Below are positions 37,975 through 56,337 of a DNA stretch of 64,000 nt, piece by piece. Origin of the DNA: Azolla caroliniana (lineage: Eukaryota; Plantae; Polypodiophyta); assembly GCA_043228905.1 (NCBI GenBank), contig JBHGNT010000005.1, positions 2,542,001-2,606,000 of the forward strand. Direction: 5' to 3'. The translations under genes and the position numbers were made by a program. How positions within the stretch are numbered: the first letter of the stretch is position 1; each line of letters opens with the position of its first letter. Below the pieces are notes generated by a model. That model had not been told where the DNA came from. It saw only the letters and a list, made by a program, of their open reading frames with translations, and ran no database searches.

Positions 37975-39080
37975 TGTCTATGCCATTCATAGACATTAAT
38001 AACCTACCTCCCCTTAAGTACAACCATGGGACTGATCAAACTTTAATCTCTCGTGAAGATCGTAATAAAGTGATACGCCAAGAAATATGGCAAATCTACA
38101 CTCAATACAAATGGATCACCCCACGAGAGCCACTCCCATCTAAAATGGTGTACTATAAGGAACACTTCTTGCACTTCTCTAAGTTAGGGTTTATTACACG
38201 ACCAAGATACCTAGATACTTTCTTATCAAATGCACTAAGGGTGGCCATTGGACAACTTAGGATATCATCTCACCAACTTGAGATTGAGAATGGTCGAGCT
38301 AATAGAGTCCCTAGAGAGGAAAGGCTATGTAGGTTATGCCACATAGAGATAGAGGATGAGTATCACTTCACATGCAAGTGCCCAACTTATGCCGAGATAC
38401 GGGCGGAATACCAAGACATACTAGGACCCTCTCCCACCCTCTCCAAACTATTAGATACCCCGAGTGTAAAGAGACTAGGTAGGTATATCTTAGAGCTAAA
38501 ATAACATAGGGAGGATAAACTACAAAGTGTTAATCATAACCCTTTTACTACTCATCAACATGTACCTAGTGTAATTTTTCAGGAACATGGGGAGACGATG
38601 AATGTGGATACACTTATGCCGCTCGGCCTCTCCCTTAAGGAAGCAGAAATACAAAGAGCAACCAAACGTCCTCGGATGTTGGGCTTCAACACAAGTCAAC
38701 GTGGAGTAGAAAAGATTAAGAAGATAAGGGAACGTGAGCTACGTCGACTCGAAGCTATGGTTGGGGTACCTCTTACATGGGGACCACGGGCCACATCCAC
38801 ATCATGGCAACCCTTTGACCCCCCGCTTCTCTTCGAGAGACTTGGATGGAAATGAAATTAGGCCTAGTATAGAATCATTCTCATTGTAGAACATGTTTTT
38901 TATATAGAACATGTTTGTTGTTTTCTTAGAACTATTTAGCTTAAACTCTATTTTATCTTATTTTTATTTTTACTTTCGATGAATGGGTAAATATCCCATT
39001 TTTGTTGTACACCTTTTGTCTCATGGGCCAATTTTGGCCTTAGAAGACGTTAATATATCTTTCTTTCTTTCTTTCTTTCT
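37975..39080 (+). mobile_element. 5'-truncated RTEX-like non-LTR retrotransposon
   Basis: ORF 37974-38504 contains LRISSHQLEIENGR...REERLCRLC...EDEYHF..KCP.Y...R, the C-terminal Cys/His region typical of RTEX-like ORF2. A 3' UTR and (CTTT)n tail follow. Confidence 0.8.
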
Positions 39081-39204
39081 CCTTCTCTTCAGTAAAAGCA
39101 AAACTTAAACAAAGGAAAGATAGATAGATAGATACCTTTGGATTTAGTATTGGTCATACATTGCATACGTATACATACGTATGTATACATTGCATACGTA
39201 TACA

Positions 39205-39235
<31 letters not shown>

Positions 39236-41448
39236 GTATGTATGTATACATGAATGTACATACGATCAAACATATATGTACATGCATTCCCCCCCCCCGC
39301 CCCCACACAAACATGAAGAAGAAAAAGACTTGGGGTGCCCCTTGTGTCCTAATGCCTTCCTTTTCTTTTCCATCACCCTACATTCAACCAAACATGAGTG
39401 CTATTGAAAAGTCGTCCCTAGAATCGAGTGATGCATGCACACATGTAGCGAGGGTATGCAATAAGTAACCTTGAAAGAAAGAAACAGACACGTGTTTGAG
39501 CTTAATAAAGGGACACGAGTGCATGATGTCTTTTATTAAAATACAAATGAAAAGAGACGATGGAGAGCTATCAGGGGACATCCACATGAACGTAAAGTGA
39601 CAGTTCTAGTAAGTTGAGATCTTGGCATGTGTAGAACAATCATAAATGGATGAAATTCTGAATTACTTACACATTTCCCTCCCTCCCTTGATCCACACAA
39701 AAGCTTCTCGTTGCATGAAACCACTTTTAAATGTATGCTTCACCTCTACCCAAAGATGCCAAATTAGAATGGATGTTAGTGTAAAAATACACAAACCGGA
39801 GGCTACCCAACCATATACAAAAGGGAAAGGGTAAGGATGAACAAAATGAGGGCATGTACATATAAGGTATAATAGCAAAGAAGGATTGAGTATTGGTGGT
39901 GCTCTACCCAATAGCTCCAACATTAAGTGAAGAGATCATCAAAATATGTGAGATAAATAAAGGGGCTCCTCACAACCAAGCCAACGGTGTGTTGGGCTAT
40001 TCAACAACCTCCTCAACTTAGTGTAAGAACAAGCATGTGAAGGGCTTATAGCAATTGAAATAACCACAAGGAACTACATTAAAGTGTTGTAGTTACTAGC
40101 ACGTTGGTGGTGTGAATCATCCTGTAAACAACACCACATTATGATGGCCTCATTTTTGCAAATGTTAGAAAGTGGTCTTACATATGGTTTCTTTGAGCAC
40201 AACAAGGTGAGGGTATCAATGGACAACAAAGGGCAAGGAGAAAGGAGAGAGGGTCCAATAAAGAGTGATATCATAATACAATCATGTTATCTTATAGAAA
40301 CATCCCTGCAAACACATGGGTGAGAAGCTCCAAGCTACACACATTGGTTGAAAGTACACTAGAGCCAAGAGCATGAAGGTTGTGGTAGAATTGAAGGAGC
40401 GCATATGCATTGGTGGGTGAAATAATCCTAGTCTACTTGTGTTCTCAAACCCCACCAATGGATGGCGCTAACAAAAACTAGAGGCCCATAACTTTCGAGA
40501 TCTTGGAATTGCTAGCTTTAAATAAATCTCTCCGTGTTTTGATTTAACGTTATAATAAACTCTTTGCTCTCAAAAGGAAATCAAAGCAGTTGCACAAATA
40601 CCTCCAATATTATAAACAAAGACAATAGTGCAATGATCCTAAGGCAAACTTTGTGAACTCTCTTTGTCGTCACTATCTTCAATTTGTAAACTCCTCCCAA
40701 TGTTTAAAATTTTACTAGTTCAGCTAATCAAAAAGATTTTATATTATGTTTACAATGTTTTAAAGATTTTTTAGTGTCTACAGTAATTTTGTATGGTTGG
40801 CCAATAAAAATACATTTACACCTTTAAATAGGTTTTTTTATGTACTTTTTGCAAGCTTGGGATTTCTTTGGGGTTCATTTTTTGTAACATTTTTGGGTCT
40901 CAATTAAATGCATGTCAAATCTCAAACTCAAAACGAGGCTCTCATGCATGAAACAAGATTAGCTTGATATAGGTGGATCTAAAAGCTATGAATCAACAAT
41001 ACGTGATTAGTAAGGGACCAAGCTCTTATTTTAACAGTTTTACTAAAAACGTATTATAACAAAATAAGATTGGGTGGATCTATAACCAGCCACACGAAGA
41101 AACTTGATCATGAAAGGGCTATAGTTATTGATTATAAACTTGATCGTTCTCATTGAAAAATAAAGAACCTTGTGTTGACTTTATTTTCTCTTATGAATAG
41201 CTTCTTCTTGCATCTTTGTAGAATGGTGCACAAACAGAGACTTATCCTCAATAAACAAAAAGTGTTCTTGGCATTTATGAATGATAAGAATTTGCTTGGT
41301 GACATATTGAATGAAGGATTTGTAGGCTCCCACAATGGCATTCCTTGTGTGTCAAGGCCCATCTTTAATTCTATTACGATGCAATGCTTTTGTGACAATC
41401 AAACCCCTTATCTATTATGCCAAAGCCTTCTATCACATAAAATCCCCT

Positions 41449-43200
41449 TCATATATCGAGAAACATATGAGCAGTGTTCAGTCCTCCCATTATTTCAATT
41501 GTTTTTGCATTTTCCCACATGTGAGCATCCATGTATACATTGGCCATTAAGATGTACGCCCCGACATGTCCTTGATCAAGTTTCAGGACACAATCAAATG
41601 CATGCCTAGCAAGATCCACATCTCCCCATCTACAACAAGAGCTCAAAATTGTATTCCAAGTTACAAGGTCAGGCTCGATGGGCAACTTTGCAAGTAAACG
41701 AATGGCACATATAACTTGGCCGGCCCGTCCAAGAAGATCTACAATGCAATTGAAATGGTCAATTACAGGGATTATTGAATATTCTTTCACCATTGTCTCA
41801 AAATAAGCTTGGGCCTGGTCTAAATGGCCATCGTGAGTACATGCTATAAGTAGACTAAGAAAAACTATTTGATCCGGTTTGATTCCCTCTATCTCCATTT
41901 TTTCAAAATAAGCGAACACGAGTTCACTCTTGCCCATGAAAGCATATCCAGCAATAAGTGCCGTCCAAGCAACAAGATCCTGAGAGGGCATAATATCAAA
42001 TAGTTTCTGAGCATCCTCCATGCTTCCACATTTACTATACATATCGATGAGAGAAGTAGTAAGGACCAGGTCATTATCCTCCCTGACTTGTTCATCAACA
42101 TGGAGGGAATCTCCCCTTTTTATAATGTGTGAGTGAATCTCTTTTCCTTTTGTCAAGGCCCCTAAAGTGCCACATGCCTTTAAACAATAAATGTAGGAGA
42201 GAAGATCTGGAACCAACTCTTCGAGTTCCATTATATTCAAACAATGCAATGCTTCTTCATTATAACCATGGTCTGCATATCCTCGGATAAGCACCGTCCA
42301 TGTGATCAGGTCCTTAATATGCACATCATCAAACACACTTTGAGCTTCGGCAAGTAAACTGCACTCTATGTACATAGCCACCAAGCTATGGTGAAGAGAA
42401 GGGTCTTTATACAGGCCTTCTTTCATGACCAAGTGATGGAGTGTGTGAACCATCTCTAAGTCCCCAATGGCTCCACAGGCTTTTGATACACAAACATAAG
42501 CAATAGCATCTGGTCGGACACCTTCTCTTTGCATTTCAGTGAATTGATTCAATGCTTCACCTCCAAGGCCATGTTCAACAAGACCAAAAAGCCAGGAGCT
42601 CCATGACACTGAGGTGCGAAAGGGAAGGCTCCGAAACACAAGGGAAGCCTCTTCGAGAAGGCCACATTTTGAATAAAGATCGACAAACGTGCTTCCAAGA
42701 AAAAGCTCAGTTTCAAACCCTTTCTTGACCAATTCAACATGCAATTCTTGGGCTTCAGCCACCATTCTAAGTGTTGCACAAGCCTTTATCAAAGCAGTGA
42801 ATGTGAACTTAGAAGGGTATACATACTCTTCTTGCATTTTCTTGTATAAAGAGAGGGCTTCCTGAGGCTTCCCTGCTTGGATGCATCCATGTATAAGAGA
42901 GGTCCAGGAGTGTTCTTTACGTAGCGAGAGCCTTTGGAACAGAGACGTAGCCATATCCATGCTTCCACAATCGACAAACATAGGAACAAGATAGTTCCCA
43001 AGCTCACCATGGCTTTCCAACTTATGTTTACAGAGGTGAAGATAGAATTGCTTACTTTTTTCCGCGTTCTTCGATCTTCTGCATTCTTGAGCGATCCGGA
43101 CGAGGTTTCGTATGGGTGGGGGCAAACCTTCTTTTCCCAGAGATGCGGAACCTCTGATACTCTGTTTCCCTCTCTGTGTATTGATGATACAAGCTCTCAT
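41449..43200 (-). CDS. Intronless PLS-class PPR protein with (partial) E domain; organellar RNA-editing-factor type
   Basis: ORF 41449-43386, likely ATG at 43200. Repeated LVDMY.KCG / WT.LI.GY motifs, HFNCIVDLLGRAG, PD.VTW.T.LS.C and Y.LM.N.Y. No PG box or DYW domain. Confidence 0.9.
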   Translation of the reverse strand: MRACIINTQRGKQSIRGSASLGKEGLPPPIRNLVRIAQECRRSKNAEKSKQFYLHLCKHKLESHGELGNYLVPMFVDCGSMDMATSLFQRLSLRKEHSWTSLIHGCIQAGKPQEALSLYKKMQEEYVYPSKFTFTALIKACATLRMVAEAQELHVELVKKGFETELFLGSTFVDLYSKCGLLEEASLVFRSLPFRTSVSWSSWLFGLVEHGLGGEALNQFTEMQREGVRPDAIAYVCVSKACGAIGDLEMVHTLHHLVMKEGLYKDPSLHHSLVAMYIECSLLAEAQSVFDDVHIKDLITWTVLIRGYADHGYNEEALHCLNIMELEELVPDLLSYIYCLKACGTLGALTKGKEIHSHIIKRGDSLHVDEQVREDNDLVLTTSLIDMYSKCGSMEDAQKLFDIMPSQDLVAWTALIAGYAFMGKSELVFAYFEKMEIEGIKPDQIVFLSLLIACTHDGHLDQAQAYFETMVKEYSIIPVIDHFNCIVDLLGRAGQVICAIRLLAKLPIEPDLVTWNTILSSCCRWGDVDLARHAFDCVLKLDQGHVGAYILMANVYMDAHMWENAKTIEIMGGLNTAHMFLDI

Positions 43201-43228
43201 AGACCCATATATGGATGTGATGGGTATA

Positions 43229-43353
43229 AGGCTCAAGGCTCTCTTCTTTCTCACATTGTAAATTTGTAAGTAAAAAAGTAGAGAGTAGAGGCTCAAGGCT
43301 CTCTTCTTCTTTCTCACATTGTAAATTTGTAAGTAAAAATTAGAGAGTAGAGG
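43229..43353. repeat. About 62-bp tandem duplication upstream of the PPR start
   Basis: GGCTCAAGGCTCTCTTCTTTCTCACATTGTAAATTTGTAAGTAAAAA.TAGAGAGTAGA occurs twice. Confidence 0.9.
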
Positions 43354-43755
43354 CTTCATAATGATCACATGGGCCATAGGAAACACCCCTTATCCGTTGA
43401 AGGCCATACGGGATCTCCTCCCCCGTCTAGCCTAACCCTAATCTCATCAAGCATAGGAAACACCCCTTATCCATAGAATCCTATAATAACGGGTATTCAT
43501 TCCACTGGGTATGTAACACATGGATAATTGGCATTGGCTAGTCGTAGTCAATTTTCATGGATTTGTGTTTGTTACCTAATGGTTAAGCTCCGTTGCCTTT
43601 CTCACGAATGAATGTTTGGTTTGTCCACGTAAAAGTACATTGTCAATAGGTGTGCCATTGCGTTGGTTGTCTAATGGGGAACATGCTAATTGCGTTATAA
43701 GGTTTGTAAAGAATTGGATGGATTCTGTGCAGCGGAAGAATTGCGTGTGGTTGTG

Positions 43756-43802
<47 letters not shown>

Positions 43803-46025
43803 CACGATTACAGAAAATCAGAAAATTTTATTATAAAGGAAGCAAGAATAACCAACCGTTACAAAGAGAGGGAGAAGGTGCTTATGTAGTCACCTTCTCT
43901 CTAACTTCTCTCACTAGTACCACCTCTTGGGAAAGAGGTCGTGTCTTAACTACTTAAAGAATATTTGTCATAGGACATTAAGTTCTATGACACACAAGTT
44001 ACTATACAAGGAGGTGGGGTGTTCACACACTTCAATATCCTAGAGTTTGATTCTCAACGCGCCCCTTCAAACACAACTTTCGGTCGTTGGATGGTTGGTT
44101 CAAACTGGTCTTTGGGTCGGCAAAAGGCTGGTATACTCCTACTGCTCCTTACTCCCCCTCAAGCTCGACTGGTCGATGGTCGAAAGACCCAGGTCAATCG
44201 TGAACTGCCGCAACTTGTCGATTCCCAGGGCCTTGGTGAAGATGTTCGTTGGCTGCAGGTTTGTGTTGATGTGTTGCAGGTCGACACCCCCCCAAGAACA
44301 CGATCTCGGAGGAAGTGATAGTGCACTTCGATGTGGTTAGTCCGAGCATGGAAGACTGGGTTCCGAGCGAGATGGATATTGCTCATGCTGTCGCGGTAGA
44401 GGAGAATTGGATCCTTGATGGGAATGCCCAGATCCTTCAAGATTCTCTTGAGCCAAACGACTTCACATGCGTCTACGACCGCACCCCTATATTCGGCTTT
44501 GGTGCTCGATAGTGCGACTGTCGGCTGTTTTTTACTACTCCACAATATGGTGCGACTACTGAGAGAAAAAAACAAATCCAGATGTCGATCGTTGGTCGGC
44601 TCTGTAGCCTGCCCAGTCGGCATCGGTATAACCTTCAAGTTGTATCGGTGTGGCCGATTTGTAAAGGATGCCAAAATCCATGGATCCACTCACATACCTT
44701 AGCACTCGCTTAGCACAGTCAAGATGGATGTCTCACGGAGTTTGCATGAACTGGCTAAGAAGGCCAACCGGGTAGCTCAGGTTGGGTCGGGTAATTGTGA
44801 GGTAGATGAAGCTTCCAGCTAGTTGATGATAGTGTGTCGGCTCACACTCTCTAGTGCCTGAGTCGGCATCTAGTTTTAGATTTAGATCGAGAGGAGTAGT
44901 GACAGGCTTACACTATGTCATCCCAAACTTGTAAAGAAGATTGAGGATGTGATGCTTTTGAGAAAGCATGATGTCGTTTGGAGTCCGAATTACTTCTATT
45001 CCTAGAAAGTAATGGAGCTCGTTCATATTGGTCAATTAAAATCAGCTGGAGAGGAGCTTCTTGATGTGCTCAATATCCGTTAGATGCTCTCCTCCAATGA
45101 CCAAGTCATCCACATAAATGATGATAAATACATGTCCTCTAGAGTCGTGTTAGATGAACAAAGAGTTGTCGAACTTGGACATGTTGAAGCCTATTTGATG
45201 AAGATATTGCGTTATCTTCGAATGCCATGCTCTCGGTGCTTGCTTCAGGCCGTAAAGAGACTTTTTGAGTTGGCAAACATCAGTTGGATGCGCAGTCGAC
45301 ACAAATCCGGGTGGTTGCACCATGTACACCTCTTTGTCTAACTCGCCTTGTAGAACGGGGTCCTTCACATCCATTTGGTGGAGGTGCCACCCTTTTGCTA
45401 TTGCAAGTGCAATCACGGTTTGAATTGTAATCATCTTTGTCATCGGGGCAAAGGTCTCTTCGTAGTCGACACCGTACGCCTACGTGTACCCCTCTGCCAC
45501 AACTCGGGCCTTGTATCGATGTATAGTGTCATTGTTGTTGCGCTTTACCTTGAAAATCCACCAACATCCAATTGCCTTTTGGTGGTTTGAAGAAGGGACA
45601 AGATCCTATGTCTCGTTCTAGGAGAATGCTTGCATCTCCTCATTCATCGCTTCAACCCATCTAGGGTTCTTAGCGGCTTTGGAATAGTTTTTCGGTTCTC
45701 AGACACACCTTCATCATGAATGCATAATCATATGCCATGTAGTCGTTGTAGCCGAATCAGCTGACTACGTTCTTTTCCTGGGTGGATCGACGTGGTTCTC
45801 TTGGTGTCCTCATGATGGGCACATCCAATCTACCAAACTCATTGTCGGATAAGTGAGTCGATTCATTTCAAACTGAGTCTTTGTACTCAGGCATTTTGGC
45901 CTTTCCTTTGTCATGTTTCGGACTCGATTGCAACATGCTTTGGTCGCTTGGAGGCTCTTGTGGTCCACTGAACCTGGTTGAGATTGGACTTTCCTCATAT
46001 GTGAACCTTGGTTGGTCATCCTCCT

Positions 46026-51999
<5,974 letters not shown>

Positions 52000-54238
52000 C
52001 TCCTCTACATATGTGTCGAACTCGGTTTTGATTGTGTCGGATGAGGTTGGTTCAACTATATACCAGGATGTTGACTCATTGAATACTACATTCCTACTCA
52101 CTCGTACCTTCTTGGTTGAAGGGTTGAAGCACTTATACCCTTTTTGCTCGAGGGAGTACCCTACGAGTATACATTTCTCCGACTTGAGATCGAGCTTCGA
52201 CCGTAGGTTGTCGGGAATATGTACATATGCAATTGAACTGAATTATCCTAACATGAGATAGATTAGGTTTCTTCCCATAGAACTTCTCGTAGGGGGTAAC
52301 TTCGTGCACTCCTAATGTTGTGCAATGATTCATTAGATAAACAGTTGCATTCGTCGGTTCAGTCCAATATGACTTTGGTAGATGTTTCTCTTTCATCATT
52401 GCCCTTAACACCTCGAGTATGTGCCGATTCTTGTGTTCAGCTACTCCGTTTTGTTGAGGTGTGTGCCGGCAAGTAAACTCCCGCCGAATTCTTTCTTGTC
52501 GAAGGTATGTTGTAAAGGCGTCGGAGAAATTCTCATTGCCATCATTGCAATTTCCTTTTCGATGAAGGTCGAGAGTCTGGTGACAACTCCTTTCGATTGC
52601 ATTCCCTTGAGCTTTTGGAAATTGATGTGACCTATTCTCTTGTGCCACAATTCTATATCAGCATTGGCTCTCTGGCCCTTGGCATACATTGCCGAGTTCA
52701 TCTCGTGAGAGTCAAGGATGAACATCCGACCTTCTCTAGAGTTGGCCTTCTTTTTCGATGAAGCACCCTCCATCGTTGAAGCGGACTTGCATTCCTTGTT
52801 CGACTATCTGGCCGACTGAGACCAGGTTTTGTTATTGTGGGAACATGCAGAACGTTCATGATGTGTGTTTGGTTGCCATCTTCCCCAAATGGGACATTGC
52901 CGATATGCTGAATGGGGTGAATTGTGTCATCCCCAGTTTCCACATAGTCGGGTCGTTCGGGCTTTCGTAGCTCCTTGGACCAATCCTCGTGGGATGTCAT
53001 GTGGTTCGATGCGCCCGAGTCGACAAACCATACATCTTCTGGTTTGGAAGTGTTGGTCGGGTTTGAGGCTATCATCGAGTGCACTCTTTGCCTCATCACA
53101 GACATTCCGCCACAATTGTTGTAGTCAGAGTTGGAGACGTAATTTGTGAGTTGTTGGCTTGTGGAGGCCGAGTCACTCTTCTTTTTCCGACACTCTGCCT
53201 ACCTCATAGTGGCCAAATTTACCACAATATCTACACAAGATGGGATTGTTTTGTCGGCTGGGTCAGGTCTGATTGCTCCCCCTTCTTTCAGACGCTCCGC
53301 CTCGCGCGTTCAAAACGTCTTGTCGGTAATAGAAATTACGTTCTCAGAGTTGCTCTTGGTTGTTTTGACCTTGGCCGAGTCAACCTCTTCTTCCCCGACC
53401 TTGTCCTCTTCCTCCATCGAAGTTCCAATAGAGCATTTGTCTTTCTTGCGCATTGCTTCTTGTTCAAACATGATTATCCTCGACCAGCAACATTGACTGG
53501 AGATCGAAGGAGGGAGGATTCTCCCTCGCAAGGAATGCCAACCGAATTTCCCCGAATCGAGGTACTAAGCCTCCGAGGCTAATTTGCACCATTTCATCGT
53601 CATCAATGCTAACATTGATCGACCTAAGGGCATCACACAACTCCTTGACTTTCAATTTGTAGCTGCCAATTGACATGTCCCTCTGTTGTATGTCGTTCAA
53701 CTCTTGATGGAGTTGAAGCTTTCTTGCGGTCGTGTTGGCTACGAAAATCTTCTTGAGGTTCCCCCACGCCTCCTTCAGCGTGTTGGCCTCTCGGATGTAG
53801 CCGAGCATGTGATCATGGACGCATGATGCAAGGCAGTACAACGCACGACTCGTTGCTTGCTCCCAAGCTAGGTAATTGACATGTGTTGGGTTGGGTTGAT
53901 TCTCGTTTGCCCCTTCTACATAACTCCAATAGCCTTGGCCGACAGGGTATTGGTGCATCTTGTACTCTCAAGATGCAAAGTTTTCCTGTCTAACTTTTCG
54001 GTAGGAAGAGTACTTCCCATCTGTGTATTCATGTTGAGCTTCTTCTTCTTCTTCTTGATGCGAATTGTGCAGATGGCTGCTACAACGATCAATCGGTTCT
54101 TATCGAACGCGGAATTGGGCACAACACACGCAAAGGCGATGGGCTTCGATCAAGCAACCATGCGCTCTGATACCATGTAAAGAATCGGATGGATTCTATG
54201 TAACGGAAGAATTGTGTGTGTGTGGAGAGAGAGAGAGT

Positions 54239-54450
54239 TGCCCAGATGGATGTAGCTCAGTTGGTAAGGTTGCCCAATGGAGACCAGGTGGTCATGGGTT
54301 CAACCCCTACATTCCACAGTGGCATCTAGTGAAATAGAGATATATATGAAGTATATAATAGAGAGGTGAGGAAATTGGGTTTCGAACCCAAGACACGGTG
54401 CTTGTAATGTTATCGACTTATCACTAGGGTAAGCTAATTACGATAAAAAA
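54239..54450. mobile_element. Small insertion with two convergent tRNA-like (Pol III A/B box) heads, SINE/MITE-like
   Basis: Absent from the sister LTR at 43705-44059. Plus strand: GGATGTAGCTCAGTTGGTAAGG...GGGTTCAACCCCTACATTCCA (54248-54316). Minus strand: TAGCTTACCCTAGTGATAAG...GGGTTCGAAACCC (about 54437-54377). Confidence 0.65.
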
Positions 54451-54575
54451 GAAAGAGAGAGCAAGCGAGCTCCTGATTACAAAAAATCAGAAAGTTGTAT
54501 TACAAAGGAAGCAAGAATAACCAACAATTACAAAGAGAGGGAGAAGGGTGCTTAACCACATTGACCACCTTTGAG

Positions 54576-55218
54576 TGAAAGACACGATACAAACATAAAA
54601 TACCATACCTTATTTTATACCTTAGATGTTCAATAACAGATTGGAAGAAGAGAATTTAGCCTCGACAATATGGTCTCAACAACATCTTAAGATGTGGCAA
54701 TGAAGGGAATTGCAAGCCCTCTTTATTTAGGTTAGCACCTATGCCTTTCAAACCACCATGTGTTCCTAGTTTGTCATAGATCCATATAGGTTTGTCCCAA
54801 ATCCTAGGATAATCGGTTCCTTGACTATCCTATCTCTAACCCATAAAAAATTAGTTATTGAGTTGGTCCATAAGGTTATGTGGCATGTCTATAACACATT
54901 AGCTACTCCTCATATTATATTTATGTCACCTTACGTGAGTTGCCTCAATTCCCAATATGCCCTTATAACCGTTAAAATTTTACCCTTAAACAATATATTA
55001 AGGTTGTGCAAATAACAACACACGGAGATGTGACGTGAATCTAGAAGTAGGAGTTCCCCTAAGAAGGCTTGATTTGACAAAATGAAGTCTCTACAAGAAA
55101 AGGGGACCGACATTGAGTAGACAAAGAAGAGCTTCATTTCTGGTTTTCGAGACTGCGCTCCCCTTTTTATTTGAGAAAGAATCACAAATTGGTTTAACAA
55201 AACAATCTCCCCTCAAAC
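54576..55218 (-). repeat. Possible LTR with PPT from another Copia-like element
   Basis: Minus-strand TTTGAGGGGAGAT-TGTT at 55217-55201, TAAATAAAG TATA-like box near 54725, possible end ...GTCTTTCA at 54576. Confidence 0.3.
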
Positions 55219-55865
55219 ACTCCCCATCACTTCAATCGAAGTAATCTATGGATTATAAAAAACACAACCTTACCCTGTAGATTTGTTAGTAGATTTGTTA
55301 GTAAACAAGGAAAGATTCTATCCAAGCGAATAATAGATTAACACCTTATGGTGTTTCGAGGAGATTTGAGGCCAATGCTGATGGCACCTTAAATACACAT
55401 ACCCAAAAAGGTAGGTAGCTTTTAGAGTACCCAAATATTTGTAGTTAATCGAAAGTGGCTATAATCAATGCAAGCGAGATGAAACCACAAACTCAATCAA
55501 CGACATCGAAGAGCTTGGTCTGTACATAGATCAAAAGATATATATCAAATGTTTAATCATGGCCATAGTAACTCTTTTTCTCGATTGTAACAACGCACCA
55601 ACATGCAAGATCTCCAAAGCACCACATGATGCATAAAGTTAATGTCTATATAGACATGCCTCTTTTTTATGCAATCCATGAGATTAGAGAGAGACCTTTT
55701 CACATGAAGAGAGAGAGAGAGAGAGAGAAAGAGAGGACATCGGAAATATTAGTGTTAAGAGAGTTATGTGTGAATGAAACGAGCCACTACACTGGATCTC
55801 TCACACACAAACACACACATGTACATAATGTGCCATCTCTCTTTGGGGGCCCAGGGATCTGGGCA

Positions 55866-55939
55866 TGACGTGGCAAGTCCGTACACACGTGGAGGCGGTT
55901 GCGTGAGCAAGGGCACGGACGCGTGGCGCTTGACGTGGC
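55866..55939 (+). promoter_or_regulatory. Cluster of G-box/ABRE/hex-like ACGT elements upstream of the bZIP gene
   Basis: TGACGTGGC at 55866-55874, CACGTG at 55886-55891, ACGCGTGGC at 55919-55927 and TGACGTGGC at 55931-55939, directly before the CT-rich leader. Confidence 0.75.
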
Positions 55940-56337
55940 AGGACAGTTCTGTGCTTCTTCTTTTCTGGTTATGGCGAATTAGCAGCTCCTCTCTCTTTCT
56001 CTCTCCTGATATTCCTTTTATTTTGCTTCATCTTTTTCTTCGTTCTCTCTACACAGACAGATTTGCAGATCGCAGCAAATTATTATCAGGTACCTCCCCC
56101 CTCCCCCCCCTTCTCTCTCTCGTCAAATTATCGTCTAATTCTTGCTCCATTCAAGCTCTGACTTGGGCAAAATTCTGCTTATTTTTTCCATTTTTAATTC
56201 TCTCATGATATGTTAAATTCTTGAAAGAGAGAGAGAGAGAGAGAGAGAGATTTGTTTTTACGTTTAACATCATCGATGATGCAGGCCTTATCTATATATG
56301 CAAAGCTCTTTGAGAAACCCTAATTTTGATGTCAGAC

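Noticed and set aside
43201-43386. N-terminal 62 aa of the 645-aa PPR ORF
   Set aside because: It starts at a non-ATG codon and is largely a 62-bp tandem duplication. ATG 43200 is the more plausible start, though upstream in-frame ATGs cannot be excluded.
54246-54316. Functional tRNA-Ala gene
   Set aside because: The D-stem and anticodon arm do not pair properly, and it is a secondary insertion in an LTR. Treated as a tRNA-derived repeat.
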